Notes: generated from the letters alone by a model not told the origin. Shown: positions 51,348 to 63,620, counted from the first letter of the stretch. The stretch: DNA of 64,000 nt from Eledone cirrhosa (GCA_964016885.1 OZ024740.1:407526001-407590000), one strand, 5' to 3'. Made by a program: numbers and translations.

Positions 51348-52880
51348 CTATACAAGCCATGTATAAAGAAACAGTCAGCAAGGTTAGAATTAACAACGAA
51401 TATAGTGAAGAGTTTAGCGTAAAAGTTGGCGTCCATCAGGGCTCTGTTCTCAGCCCCCTACTATTTATTATTGCCCTTCAGGCTATAACAGAGGAGTTCA
51501 AGACAGGCTGCCCATGGGAACTCCTATACGCAGACGACCTGACACTCATAGCGGAATCAATGGCCGAGCTAGAGAAGAAATTCCAAACATGGAAGCACGG
51601 CCTAGAGTCAAAAGGACTTAAAATTAACCTGGCTAAGACCAAAGTTCTAGTTTGTAGGAAAGAAAACAAGGCGGCGGTCCCTTCTGGGAAATGGTCGTGC
51701 TCGGTGTGTAGGAAAGGCGTAGGTAGAAACTCCATTTTATGTCCTAAATGCAAAGTATGGGTGCATAAAAGATGTAGTGGGATTACAGGTAAGCTAACTA
51801 AGAACATAGATTTTACATGTGGCCGGTGTTCTGGTGCAATAAGTAGCAGCAAGTGCCCACAAAATACTAGCTCTTTCAATTGCGCAGAGGGTTCTATAGA
51901 AATAGTGGACAGCTTCTGTTACCTGGGCGATAAAATCAGCAGTGGGGGAGGGTGCTCTGAAAGTACTGTAGCTAGAGTCAGAACTGGTTGGAAAAAGTTC
52001 AGAGAGCTTATACCACTATTAGCTGCTAAAGGGTTCTCCCTAAAAATTAAAGGCAGGTTGTACGATGCCTGCATACGAACAGCAATGCTGCATGGCAGTG
52101 AGACCTGGGCATTGTGTGCAGAGGATATACGCAGACTAGAGAGGAACGAAGCTTGCATGCTCCGCTGGATGTGTAACAGTAATATACGTGAACGGCAAAG
52201 CATAAACGAACTAAGGAAAAAATTAGAGATAAGAGGGATCAGATGTTGTTTACTCGAGAGAAGGCTGCGTTGGTATGGACACGTGATGCGCATGAAAGTC
52301 GATAGCTGTATAACAAAGTGCAGGGCAATAAAGAAAAGATAGACGGTAGTCACGGAATAGGCAGACCTAGAAAAACCTGGGACGAGCTGATAAACTCCGA
52401 CCTCACACACTTACACCTCGCCAAGACAATGTCACTGGACCGAGACCTTTGGCGGTACTCAGTAACAGAGAAGACCCGCCTTACCTAAATATATAGTAAA
52501 ACCTACTCCAGCCAGTAGGCATCTCTAACAAAATACACCCCGTCCCACCACCACCACCCCCACCCCATCCACACCACCCCGTTCTATGTAAAGTTATGTT
52601 GGTGCCGCGCCATCCAGGCCAAAACAAATGAGATCGTGTAGGTGTCACGACAAAAAAACACACAGTCCACGCTGTAATGTGGCCGTGTAGGCAACACGGT
52701 AAAAACCTCCCAGACCCACACTGTAAATGTGGTTGGTGTTAGGAAGGGCATCCAACTGTAGAACAGTTGCCACACAGTCCTATGCGAGCAAGACAATCAC
52801 TCTTGCCTCAAGTGGGACTACCCCCGTCCAAACCCATGCAAGCGTGGAACACGGACGTTAAACGTTGATGATGATGATGA

Positions 52881-52883
<3 letters not shown>
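51348..52883 (+). mobile_element. RTE subfamily C, 5'-truncated
   Basis: ORF to 52342 with YADD and an intact PHD; (TA)n at both ends. Confidence 0.92.
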
Positions 52884-52943
<60 letters not shown>

Positions 52944-52948
<5 letters not shown>

Positions 52949-53090
52949 TAAAATAACAGACTAAAGTTTAAGCAAAGAATCGCTGCTTTCACCCTTAATT
53001 GGATCTTCTGAATATCCCGTAATTCTTTGCTTAAACTTTAATCAGTTATTTTAATAAATATTTGCTCTATGATTTTAGTCTTCACATTTG
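52944..53090 (+). mobile_element. Family H2 fold-back copy
   Basis: Inverted arm starts at the same TTTATT as 34461; different junction. Confidence 0.7.
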
Positions 53091-53112
53091 TTATATATAT
53101 ATATATATATAT

Positions 53113-53370
53113 CACCATCATCATTTTACGCCCGCTTTTCCCTGCTTGCAAGGGTGGGACGGGAACTGATTCTAGCTTTATTTCTACAGCTGGATGCCCT
53201 TCCTAACACCAACCTCATTTACAGTGTGGGCTGGGTGCTTTTTTGCCATTGTACCTCCACAACCACTTTGCAGTGGAATGATATAGACCCCAGTCCCTAT
53301 CATCTCATTTCTACAGCTGAGTAAACTGGAGCAATGTGAAATAAAGTGTCTTGCTCAAGAAACAACACTT
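53113..53370 (-). mobile_element. 5'-truncated SINE family 1
   Basis: Matches 13639-13940. Confidence 0.8.
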
Positions 53371-53434
53371 TATTTCACATATATATATATATAGTGAAAG
53401 AGAGAATTAGTTCCACAACAAATTAGCAAACCAT

Positions 53435-53526
53435 ATTCGGTGACATGTTTCACTGGAGGGATTTTCAACCCATGTATGGCTGCAGTGAGAACTAGCTCTA
53501 TACCAAACTCATCCTTTGGACTGAAT
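53435..53526 (-). ncRNA. Decayed hammerhead-like motif between (TA)n tracts
   Basis: ATTCAGT-CCAAAGG-(long stem II region)-GAA-ACATGT-C-ACCGAAT. Confidence 0.45.
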
Positions 53527-54029
53527 GCTTTACCAACTTCGGATATAACTTCCCAGTTTTTTACCACTATATATATATCATTCTTCTTCATCCATTTTTC
53601 CATGTGTGCATGGTTTGGACAGGTCTTCTTGAGCACAATATCATGCCATTGTTGAAATCATTTGTAATTTCTTTTGTGATGTTGAATATTTTGATATCAA
53701 TTTTCACCACTTCCCATATGTTTTATGGTCATTCTCTTCTAAAAGATTTTTCCACTTGACTCACCAGACTGATTCTTCATATATCCATATTTTCTCTCAG
53801 CTCATTTATGATCTGTTATTCATGCAGGCTATGAGATACTAATATTATAAATATTGTTTTCCACCTGTTTATGGTGGGCCTGATAATGTTGTTAAAACTA
53901 AATGTAGCCTTGAAGAGCTGGTTTCAACGCGGTTAGGTGGGGAGTGCTATAGTTTTTGTAGTAGGCTCTCACCACATAAGGTTGCCTCAAAGATTCTACT
54001 CAAGCTACAGAGTCGTTTATATATACACA

Positions 54030-54309
54030 TGTATTGAACAATGAAAATAAAACAAAAGTCGAAGATGGTTTCTTAATTAGTTCATTGTTTTACAATCGTT
54101 TTTGAGGGTTGATTGATCATTGTAGATTGATATATCGAAACAATTGTTTCTGAGGAAGACGGTGAAAATAGTTCAGGGATTTTGAGACTTGAAATAGGTA
54201 GTGATATATTGATCTACCATGATCAATCAACCCTCTGAAACAATCATAAAACAATGAACTAATTAAGAACCTATCTTCAAGTTTTATTTTATTTTCATTG
54301 CTCAATACA
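54030..54309. mobile_element. Older fold-back element H4
   Basis: Imperfect inverted arms of ~105 bp (54030-54135 / 54203-54309). Confidence 0.7.
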
Positions 54310-54329
54310 CACACACATGTTAGTACAAG

Positions 54330-54620
54330 GCATCATGGCATTGGACCTGGCTCTACCCCAATAGAACACACCACCAGATTGACTACATTATGGTGAAGGA
54401 CCAGTTTCAGTCTGGAATCAGGAGGGCCAGAAAAAAAAAGAATTTTCTTAGGAGTAGATATAGGGAGTGACCACGACTTCATGTTGCTGAACTTCAGAGT
54501 CAGGCTAAAGAAGGTCAAGAAGTACAAGAACAGCAGACTGAAGTTCAACAGTGACTGGCTGAATGACCCCTCTATTGCCGAGTCCTTTCAAGTAACTGTT
54601 GGTGGAAAATCTGCAGCGTG
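54330..54620 (+). mobile_element. RTE endonuclease C-terminal fragment
   Basis: HHQIDYIMV...DIGSDHDF...RVRLKK. Confidence 0.65.
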
Positions 54621-55405
54621 TGTTATTAATTGATCAAAGAATAACTACTCAATACCGAAATAGAGTTTGAATATACATTTATTATGGCTAAGTAGTGAGC
54701 TCACCCCTTAGCGATGATAAATGAACACACACACACACATATATATATACACACATAAATTGAACTTTGAAAAAAAAAAAAGGTAAGTTTGATGAGAAAG
54801 AATAAATAGAAAAAAAAGAAATCAATTCTATTAATTTTTCAACATCCATCTATGATGTGGTCCCATTGACTTAGCAAGTATTTTGAATCATGTTACTAGT
54901 TTTAGGGATGGTGTCATAATACTAAGTGAAACACTAGGTGTTACAGTATTTTCATCTTGCACTATCATAGCTATTTTCCTCACATAATTGTTTAATTGTC
55001 TATATTTAAATATGTTTTGTTTTCAATTTGACATCTTAAGCACAAACACTCGACATCTTAAAAATGAAAATGACGATGAAAAAATAAAAGAAATATTAAT
55101 AAAAAAATATGTAGTTATACTTGTTTGGGAAGTATCATGATCTGAGAGCAGGTGTTGAAAAAACTGAAGCAATTACATCATGGCAGAGATATGTTAGCCA
55201 CTTGAAGAACACACAAAAACTGTTATATCCAATTTTCATTTATTTCATAGTGTCAAAATAAAGGAAATATGAATATAAGAGCTTTTGGGCATTTTAAAAT
55301 TGGCTAAATGTCTTTTCTATTATGTAAATACTAATAAAAAATTATATTTCTGAATTTGTATAAAAATGTAGATGAATAAAACAAAGGATGGATTGATCAT
55401 ATATA

Positions 55406-55595
55406 TAATTGTTTCTACTTTAGGCACAAGGCCAGCAATTACCCAGTACATTACTGGTACTTTATTTTATCAACCCCGTAAGGATGAAAGGCAAAGTTAA
55501 CCTCGGCGAGATTTGAACTCAGATCATAAAGGGACGTAACTCTATGCTTCAAAGCATTGTGTCCGACTCTCTATCGATACTGCCAATCCACCGCC
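55406..55595 (-). mobile_element. SINE family 2
   Basis: Complete copy. Confidence 0.85.
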
Positions 55596-56768
55596 TTAAT
55601 ATATATAATGATACATTTTATATACACAAGAAAATAAATTATTGAATCATGCACAACAGTACCTTTTGTTAAATTGATCACATCTTTATACAAGAAATTA
55701 ATAAAAGGAAACTGAAATAAATGTAAGCTAAAGCAAAGCATTTAACGAATACAGAAGTTTAAATATGTTTGTTCACATAATGCCTGAAAGATGATGTATG
55801 AAAAATATTAGCTTTCTTACAACACATTGCATACATATACATACTATTTAGAAAACAAACATTTATTAGCAATTCTAACATTGAGCAAGAGCAGCTAATA
55901 GAAGCATATAAAATAATTTATAATGAAGCCCAATACAAACTTTGAAGGCATAATGATGATTAACTTATAAAAGTTTAGGAAGGTCTTCCTTGATGCTGAA
56001 TAATATTTCAAAAACATGGGTGGTTTTGTAACAATTTTAATGTAATAATATAATTTAGCAATATAACTATTCTTGAATTATTCCAGAAATAACTTTTTCT
56101 ACTATTGCATATTTTCTTTCAATGCATATCAGAATTACAGTGCACATACATACACACATATATATATGTATACATATCTTGTTTAGAAATATGTATTTCT
56201 GAAGTTAAATCATTAAATCCATCATAATTTGATTATTGTTACTTTTACTGATTAAGTATATATACTTACATTATATTTTTGGAATATAAATGATATAACT
56301 GTTCTTTTTTGATTGTGTAAACTTATTTAATATTTCATACTTATACCTCTGATAACCTTTTTGATATCAAACTACCCGAAACCTGTTTGTTTTAAATTTA
56401 TCTAAAACCTTCCATCATAATTTTATGTAAGAATGCTCCAAACACCAACTTAATAATGAGTATATTAGTTATATCACAAAACCCCTGCAAATTCTTGAAT
56501 ATTTTCACAATGATTTGAAAATCATAGACAATGTGTTTCATTAAAAATATGGTAACCAAAAAGTGAACTTTTGAGAATTAGATAGATAAGGTAATCGATA
56601 GTTTAACAAAAAGTATAATTTTGATAAATAGTTCCTTACAAGTTGTATTTCTTTTTCTCTTAATTCATTAATATTATCATGTGTTTCATGTATGGAGATC
56701 CCTCCTGTTATATTTGCAGTATTCTAAATAATTACTTATTTTGTTCTCTAGTCAATCATTAATATATA

Positions 56769-56961
56769 TGAAGGTTAGCTGAAAAGTTCATAGGCTCACA
56801 ATGAAGGAGTGATGCTAGAGCTGTGAAATTTTGCATGCATTAATTTCAACTTTTTATTAGCTGCATTGTTTCTTTCCAGGGACTATGTAGGAAAATAAAC
56901 CTCATTTGGCCATTTCATGAGAGTATCTTGGTCAGCCTGTGAACTTTTCAGCCAGCCCCCA
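56769..56961. mobile_element. Tc1/mariner-type MITE
   Basis: TA-flanked ~28-bp TIRs TGAAGGTTAGCTGAAAAGTTCATAGGCT / AGCCTGTGAACTTTTCAGCCAGCCCCCA. Confidence 0.75.
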
Positions 56962-59489
56962 TATGTATGTGTAGTAATCAAAGGCCATGAAAATAACAGG
57001 TTTGACATTTCTGTCTGAAGATCACTTGTAGTGTGTTATCTAGATATCATTGGTGAGCCCCAATACACAGTAACAACAGATGTCTGAGGATTTTAACTTA
57101 TTCCTGATACTGGATTCCTTACTTTATTCCTGATTATTCATGCCTTCATTTACCTTTGAAATAAATTACAATAGGGGACTTATTTAATATAAACACAACA
57201 AATTGGTGATGGAATTTTTTCAACTCCAATAATCAGCTTACAATACTAAATTGGAGTTTAATAAATTAAAGACGGAGATGTGTGGTTAATATAATTTAAC
57301 TCAAAACATCTAGATGACACTAAGCTTTAAAAAATTAAGCCCACATTATTTGCCTTATGTGGCATCAATGCAATAATGAATCTAAAATAATCTTATAACA
57401 TACAACAAGTCATCATTATTTAATTAAAAATTTAAAATATACTCTTAGACTACAAAGAAAGGTTTATCATCTTAGATGGTTTCAGATTTTTGGATCCAGA
57501 ACAAAAGCTAGGTGAACTGGCTTATGACTTCCTGCTGAAGCTCAATGCACATGCTTAAAATAAATATTCTCCATCGTGTAAAGCTTTCATCAGAGATCTG
57601 GTTATCTTTGTTTTAATGGGGCAGAGTGAGCATTTGATTTTGATTCAGTAATACAACCAAATTTTAATTCAGAAGTATTGTTTGCTACTAACAAAGACAC
57701 TTGTCAAGGGAAGTTGTGTAAACAATACATGACTAGGCAAAGCTAGTTTTAAAATAGTAGTAATTATAGATCATCACATCCTAATTGTGAGACATTTCAG
57801 CAAATTCTGCAAATCAAAAGCATGGTATTCTTCTAAGTCTTAATATTAATTGAATAAATCCTAAACAATCTGACAATGAGGAAGTAACTTGAATAATAAT
57901 TGTGCAACAAATGATAATTTACAGCAGGTTAATTTTAAATTTCATGGACATTCAGTTCAAATGCAATTGGATATTAGTGCATCACATGCATCATCATCAT
58001 TTCAGTTTTGCAGCTAATAGAAGGAATCTGTGACAGAGAAAGACTAGAGTATATAGGAGGAAGTTGTCAAATCAGGATGTTGATATTTCACAGATATTGT
58101 GAGAGGTGATAGTATGTCATACTGCAGATCTCTCTAATCTATGCTATTACAGAAAAGTGGCTGTTAAAAGAACAATGACAACCCCCATTGATGATTTATG
58201 TATTAAAATAGTTTCAAGTTACTTTATTAAGCAATATAATATATATCATGAAATATATCCCAGTTATATAACTGGATACATTTTCTGATTCTTTTCAGGT
58301 ATTTTAACATCTTGACAATACATTTGCAAATAAATAGTTCTAAAATAAGAATCATTTCCAAATAAATTTGAAACATTACCTTACATTAAAACTAATAATT
58401 ATATTTAAAACCCTAAACTGGAAAACAATAGTTATAATACTATTTTAAAAACAATAACATTAAAGGAAGACTGGCAGATGTTAAAAAATATAAATATAAG
58501 GAGTATGATTTATAGGAATAGTAAATGAGACTGTGTGCTGTTTATGTTATTCTCCAGAACATTAATGATGTAATTGAAGTTAAATGAACATAACCCAGGA
58601 TTTGAAACCAGATTATGTTCATTGGCAGCTGAGTCTCATTCCATAATATTTACCAAATTGTTTAATATATTAACAGCTAACATTTTATACATTGCAAACA
58701 CTAATTTAATATTGAGATATAGCAATAAACACAGCAAGAAAAAAAAAAACGACTTGTTTATCAGACAGATATCCTATCATTTATATTTCCAAATCTCATC
58801 TTAAAAATAGAGAACACATAATGTGGCCCTTGATGCTCTGAGTCTGAATAAAAGATAGAATGGTCATGGCTGGAATGTATTTCATCATGTATATACTTAA
58901 TTAGGGTTGATCTGAGGTTAGACAGCAACTTTAGGTATCAGATACAAAGAGAAAGATATCACTGCGTTGTTAAAAGAACCCTACTTTGCAGCCTCATGGC
59001 TTTAGACTTGATCCCACTGCTCAGTTATTTGGGCAAATGTCCTCTAACATAACTGAGTTGACCAGTATATTATGAGGGGAGTTTGCTAGATTGAAACTGT
59101 AAGAAAGCTTATCACACACACACATATATATATCATCATCATCATCATCATCATCATCATCTTCATCATCATCCTCATCGTTTAACGTCTATCTTCCACG
59201 CTAGCATGGGTTTAGATGGGAATTGTCCCACTTGAGGCAAGATTGGTCATCTCATTCATCAAACAGTTATATATTAGAAATGTTGACTAATCAGGCTTGC
59301 AGAAAAACAGACCAACAAACAGTACTATAATGATTAATAGCTACTATATATTTACACCTTCTACACACATGTACAAATACAAACAATAACTCTCAAACAA
59401 ATAAAATACCTTCAGTACAGTTGCTTTGCCAATTTTTGTGTACTCATAATCCAGTAAAGCAAATAAAAATAGATATAGATACAAATATA

Positions 59490-60087
59490 ATGGTTTCTGA
59501 TTTAAGTACAAGGCCAACAATTTTGGGGGAGAGGAAAGTCGATTAAATTGACCCAAGTGCATTACTGGTACTTTATTTTATGGACGTTATAAGGATGAAA
59601 AGCAAAGCTAACCTTGGTGGGATTTGAACTTATAATGTAAAGGGCCGTAACTCTATGCTGCAAAGCATGTTGTCCGCCACTTTATCAATACTGCCAACCC
59701 CTATTACTGCTACTAATAATGATTTCTTGCATATATAATTTCTAAAAAAGACACAAGATTACAAATTTGAAGGGGAATATAGTTGAGAGGGAATCTCAAT
59801 ATCAGGACTGCTACTTTACTTTATCGATCCTGACCTGAAAAAATGAAAGTCAAAGTTGATTTCCATGGAATTTGAACTCACTATGTCCAATGTTTTAATG
59901 ATTTTGCCAAATAATAATTGTTTCTACTTTTGGCACAAGGCCAACAATTACCCAGTACATTACTGGTACTTTATTTTATCGACCCCGTAAGGATGAAAGG
60001 CAAAGTTAACCTCGGCGGGGTTTGAACTCAGAATGGCAAGGGCCGTAACTCTATGCGTCAAAGCATGGTGTCCGACCCTCTACCGAT
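59490..60087 (-). mobile_element. Cluster of SINE family 2 copies of different ages
   Basis: Copies at ~59490-59700, ~59740-59910 and 59915-60087. Confidence 0.7.
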
Positions 60088-60138
60088 AATAATAATGATT
60101 TCTTTATTTGCTAACATACAATAACAATAAATAAATAA

Positions 60139-62356
60139 ATCATCATCATCATCATCATCACCGTTTTACGTCCGTTCTTCCACGCTAGCATGGGTTAGAC
60201 GGGTTGTCCTGTTGTGGGCAGTGTCTGGTCGGCTGACCATGCCTTGCTCATACAGGAACTGATCTGGCTTGATTTCTACAGCTGGATGCCCTTCCTAACA
60301 CCAACCTCATTTACAGTGAGTGCTGGGTGCTTTTTCGTGGCGCCTACACGTCCACTTTACAGTGTGGGCTGGGTGCTTTTTTGCCGTGGCACCTCCACGA
60401 CCACCTTGCGGTGGGGGGGGGGGGGCATATTGTTTATATGCTTCAGCATGTACCCATGGGAGGTCGGGTACCCTGTATTACTGCGTGACGCCAGAAGTCA
60501 CGGTCGTGTGTCATTGACTTTGAGAGGTGTAGTTGGGTAAGGTCGGCTTTTATCACCTCATCCCAAGTCATCTTGGGTCTCCCCACTCCGCGGTTTCCAT
60601 CAACTTCTAGTGCTCTGCACCTTTTTATGCAGCTGTCATCCTTCATACGCATCACATGTCCATACCAGCGTAACCGCCTCTCCTGCACGCAGCATTTGAT
60701 TCCTCTTATGCTCAGTCTCTCTCTCAATTCATTTATGCTTTGTCGTTCACGTATATTACTGTTACACATCCATCGGAGCATGCAGGCTTCGTTTCTCTCT
60801 AATCTACGTAAGTCTTCCACCTTCAGCGCCCAGGTCTCACTACCATGCAACATCGCTGTTCGGATACACGCATCATACAGTCTGCCTTTCATTCTGAGGG
60901 AGAAGCCTTTTGCAGCTAGCAGTGGTAGTAGTTCCCTAAACTTCTTCCATCCCGTTCTTACCCTAGTTATTGTACTTTCTGAGCACCCACCTCTGTTGCT
61001 AATTCGGTCACCTAGGTAGCAGAAGCTGTCTACTGTTTCTACAGGGCCCTCCCAGAGATTGGTGGTACTTGTTTCCTGTGGCTGTTTGCTTGCTGTTTCA
61101 GCACAGCTGCTGCATGTGAATCCTACATTCTTAATTAAGCTTCCTGAGATCCCGCTACATCTCTTGTGTACCCATTGTTTGCATTTGGGGCAAAGAATGG
61201 AGTTCCTACCTACACCTTTCCTACATACTGAGCAAGGCCATTTCCCTGAGGGGATCTGGGTTCTGTTTTCTCGTCTACTTATAAGGACCTTAGTCTTTGT
61301 CATGTTGACTTTGAGGCCCTTTCTCTCTAGTCCCTGCTTCCAGGTTTGGAATTTATTCTCTAGTTCTACCATAGATTCAGCTATGAGTGCGAGGTCATCA
61401 GCATACAGGAGTTCCCATGGGCATCCGGTCTTAAACTCCTCCGTTATTGCCTGCAGGACTATGATGAACAGGAGAGGGCTAAGAACAGAGCCCTGGTGGA
61501 CCCCAACCTGTACGCTAAATTCCTCGCTATACTCATTGCCAATCCTAACTTTGCTGACTGCTCCCCTATACATGGCTTGTACCGCTTTCACAAGCCATTC
61601 ATCTACTCCTAGTTTTCTAAGAGCCCACCAGATTACTGCACGTGGAACTCTGTCAAAGGCTTTCTCAAGGTCGACAAATGCCAAGTAGAGTGGCTTACTT
61701 TTAGCTAGGTACTTTTCCTGTAATTGCCTCACAAGGAAGAGCGCATCAGTGGTGCCTTTCCCTGGTACAAACCCAAATTGCATCTCGTCTATATTCACCC
61801 GGTCCCTAATCAGCTGTGCTATAACTCTTTCTGTTACTTTCATGACCTGGTCCATCAACTTTATACCTCTATAGTTTCCTCTATCTAGTGCATCGCCTTT
61901 ACCTTTGTAGCAGTTGACAATGATGCTACTGCACCAATCTTTTGGTATGGCCCCCTCTAGTATTACCTGGTTAACGATACGTGTGGTTATAGTGTGACCT
62001 ACAGACCCAGATGCCTTCAGCATCTCGGCAGCTATACCCGATGGACCGGTTGCCTTCCCTATCTTCATATCTCTGATTGCCTTACTTACTACGCTGCCGC
62101 TGACTTGTACTGCTGGTCCCTCTATAGGGTCTACGTGGGGTAGGGTCTCTTCTTCCCATGCATTCTCCTCATTTAGTAATCTATCATAATGACTCTTCCA
62201 TGCATCTTTCTTCTCAGCACTTGTGAGGGCAAGCTCACCTTTATCATTCCGGATACACTTCTCTCCAATGACATCACAACTATCTCTGACACACTGCCTC
62301 GCAATCTTGAATACCTCCTGTTTCTGGTCCTCACGTTGTAAAACATGCTTGAATTT
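60139..62356 (-). mobile_element. RTE subfamily B, young, uninterrupted RT-PHD ORF, 5'-truncated
   Basis: ORF 60443-62404 (RTE part from ~62356); (CAT)n tail. Confidence 0.94.
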
Positions 62357-62514
62357 TAATAAATAAATAAATAAATAAATAAAATAAAGGGTCAGTATTT
62401 TCATTCAAACAATATATTTACTACTCTCATTTCATAGAATTATCTGGAAAGTAGCATTCTTTCACCTTTCATTGATACTTGAAGAAGTTGATGTTTTTTC
62501 TTGAAATAAGAAAA

Positions 62515-62564
62515 AAAACTATCTTCAGGTTTTCAACTGGAGTTGAAAACCTGAAGATAGTTTT
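62515..62564. repeat. Perfect palindrome (24-bp arms) containing CTGAAGA
   Basis: AAAACTATCTTCAGGTTTTCAACT-GG-AGTTGAAAACCTGAAGATAGTTTT. Confidence 0.85.
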
Positions 62565-62653
62565 CCACCATATATATTTTCCCCTCGAGCTCCCAGATAC
62601 AGGAAAACTATCTATTGGGCAATTTTCACAATGGATAACAACAGATTTTGTTA

Positions 62654-62714
62654 ATCATCATCATCATCATCATCATCAATTAATGTCTATCTTCCACGCT
62701 AGCATGGGTTAGAC
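62654..62714 (-). mobile_element. RTE 3' terminal tail fused to a U1 copy
   Basis: GTCTAACCCATGCTAGCGTGGAAGA...(TGA)n, as at the ends of RTE subfamily B. Confidence 0.8.
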
Positions 62715-62719
62715 TTTTT

Positions 62720-62881
62720 AGGTGAGCGCGAATGCAGACCCCACACTTAGGAATAGTGCACCCGAGTCGCCCACATTTGGGGCAATCACAAAGGTCAACC
62801 CAACCAGAGTGCAATGGAAGGGCCTCACTCTGGGAGAACCACCTAGCTGATCATGGTTAACCCCTGTGCCAGGTTAAATGT
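62720..62881 (-). ncRNA. U1 snRNA-derived sequence (variant or retropseudogene)
   Basis: ACCTGGC...ACCATGATCA..AGGTGGTT.TCCCAG.G.GAGGC...TCCATTGCACTC.GG...CCCCAAATGTGGG..ACTCG...GGGG.CTGC.TTCGCGCT is colinear with metazoan U1. Confidence 0.88.
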
Positions 62882-63149
62882 GTGATAAGTCATTTCACAT
62901 AATTTCACAGCAATATGTAGATACTAAATACATGTGTGGAAGAGGGTTTTACTATTTATATTTAGATTTTGAACAGGTCCAATTAATAGCACTACCATAC
63001 CTATAAAGCTTATTTTGAACAGACAACGCTCCCCAGTAACACTACCAAGCAAAAGCCTTTTGGAGATTCTTCATAATCCCAAACTTAAATTTCTTCAGAA
63101 AAGGCATTACCTCATAAACCTTCAAAATTTTCACAAGCTCATTGTTACT

Positions 63150-63620
63150 CATACCCTCCACTAATTCTTTATAAAATATAAGAATTCACATTCTGCTTAC
63201 TGCATTGTATGCACATAAATAGCCATAGTCTCTCAAGACATTTCTTCCAACCAGAGGGCATATTGACAGTAGATGGATCTTTAGAACAAAGACTCTTGCC
63301 ACCTCGACAAAAAGCAAAAAATCAGATATTCCAATCTAGTAATATATTTCCTGGGTCAAGCCATGATAGTTAAGTCATAGAGCATCAAGATGATTTAGGC
63401 ATTAGCTCCATATGCTTAACCTTTATAGTATAACTCCATCTCAGCTAATTTCTCAGTGAGATTAGCCATGTCATGCTTCACTGCCTCACTTCCTAAACAC
63501 CAAGCAGACCCCTAGTCTAGTAAAAATCGATGCTTCTTTTCATTTTCTCTAGATATGTGGTTGGAATGTCTACTGGTAAAAAAACCCAGTAATATCTTAA
63601 CCTACACCAGCAAATTCTCA
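63150..63620 (-). pseudogene. Ancient Tx1-type ORF2 remnant
   Basis: ANLTEKLAEMELYYKG*AYGANA*IILMLYDLTIMA*P aligns with ARLTQKWAGRKLSLKGRAEVANA*IASVIYYRLIVVPCP of the element at 1-4834. Confidence 0.5.

Noticed and set aside
53900-54012. Hairpin-rich segment with GAAACCAGCTC on the minus strand
   Set aside because: No recognisable CUGANGA core.
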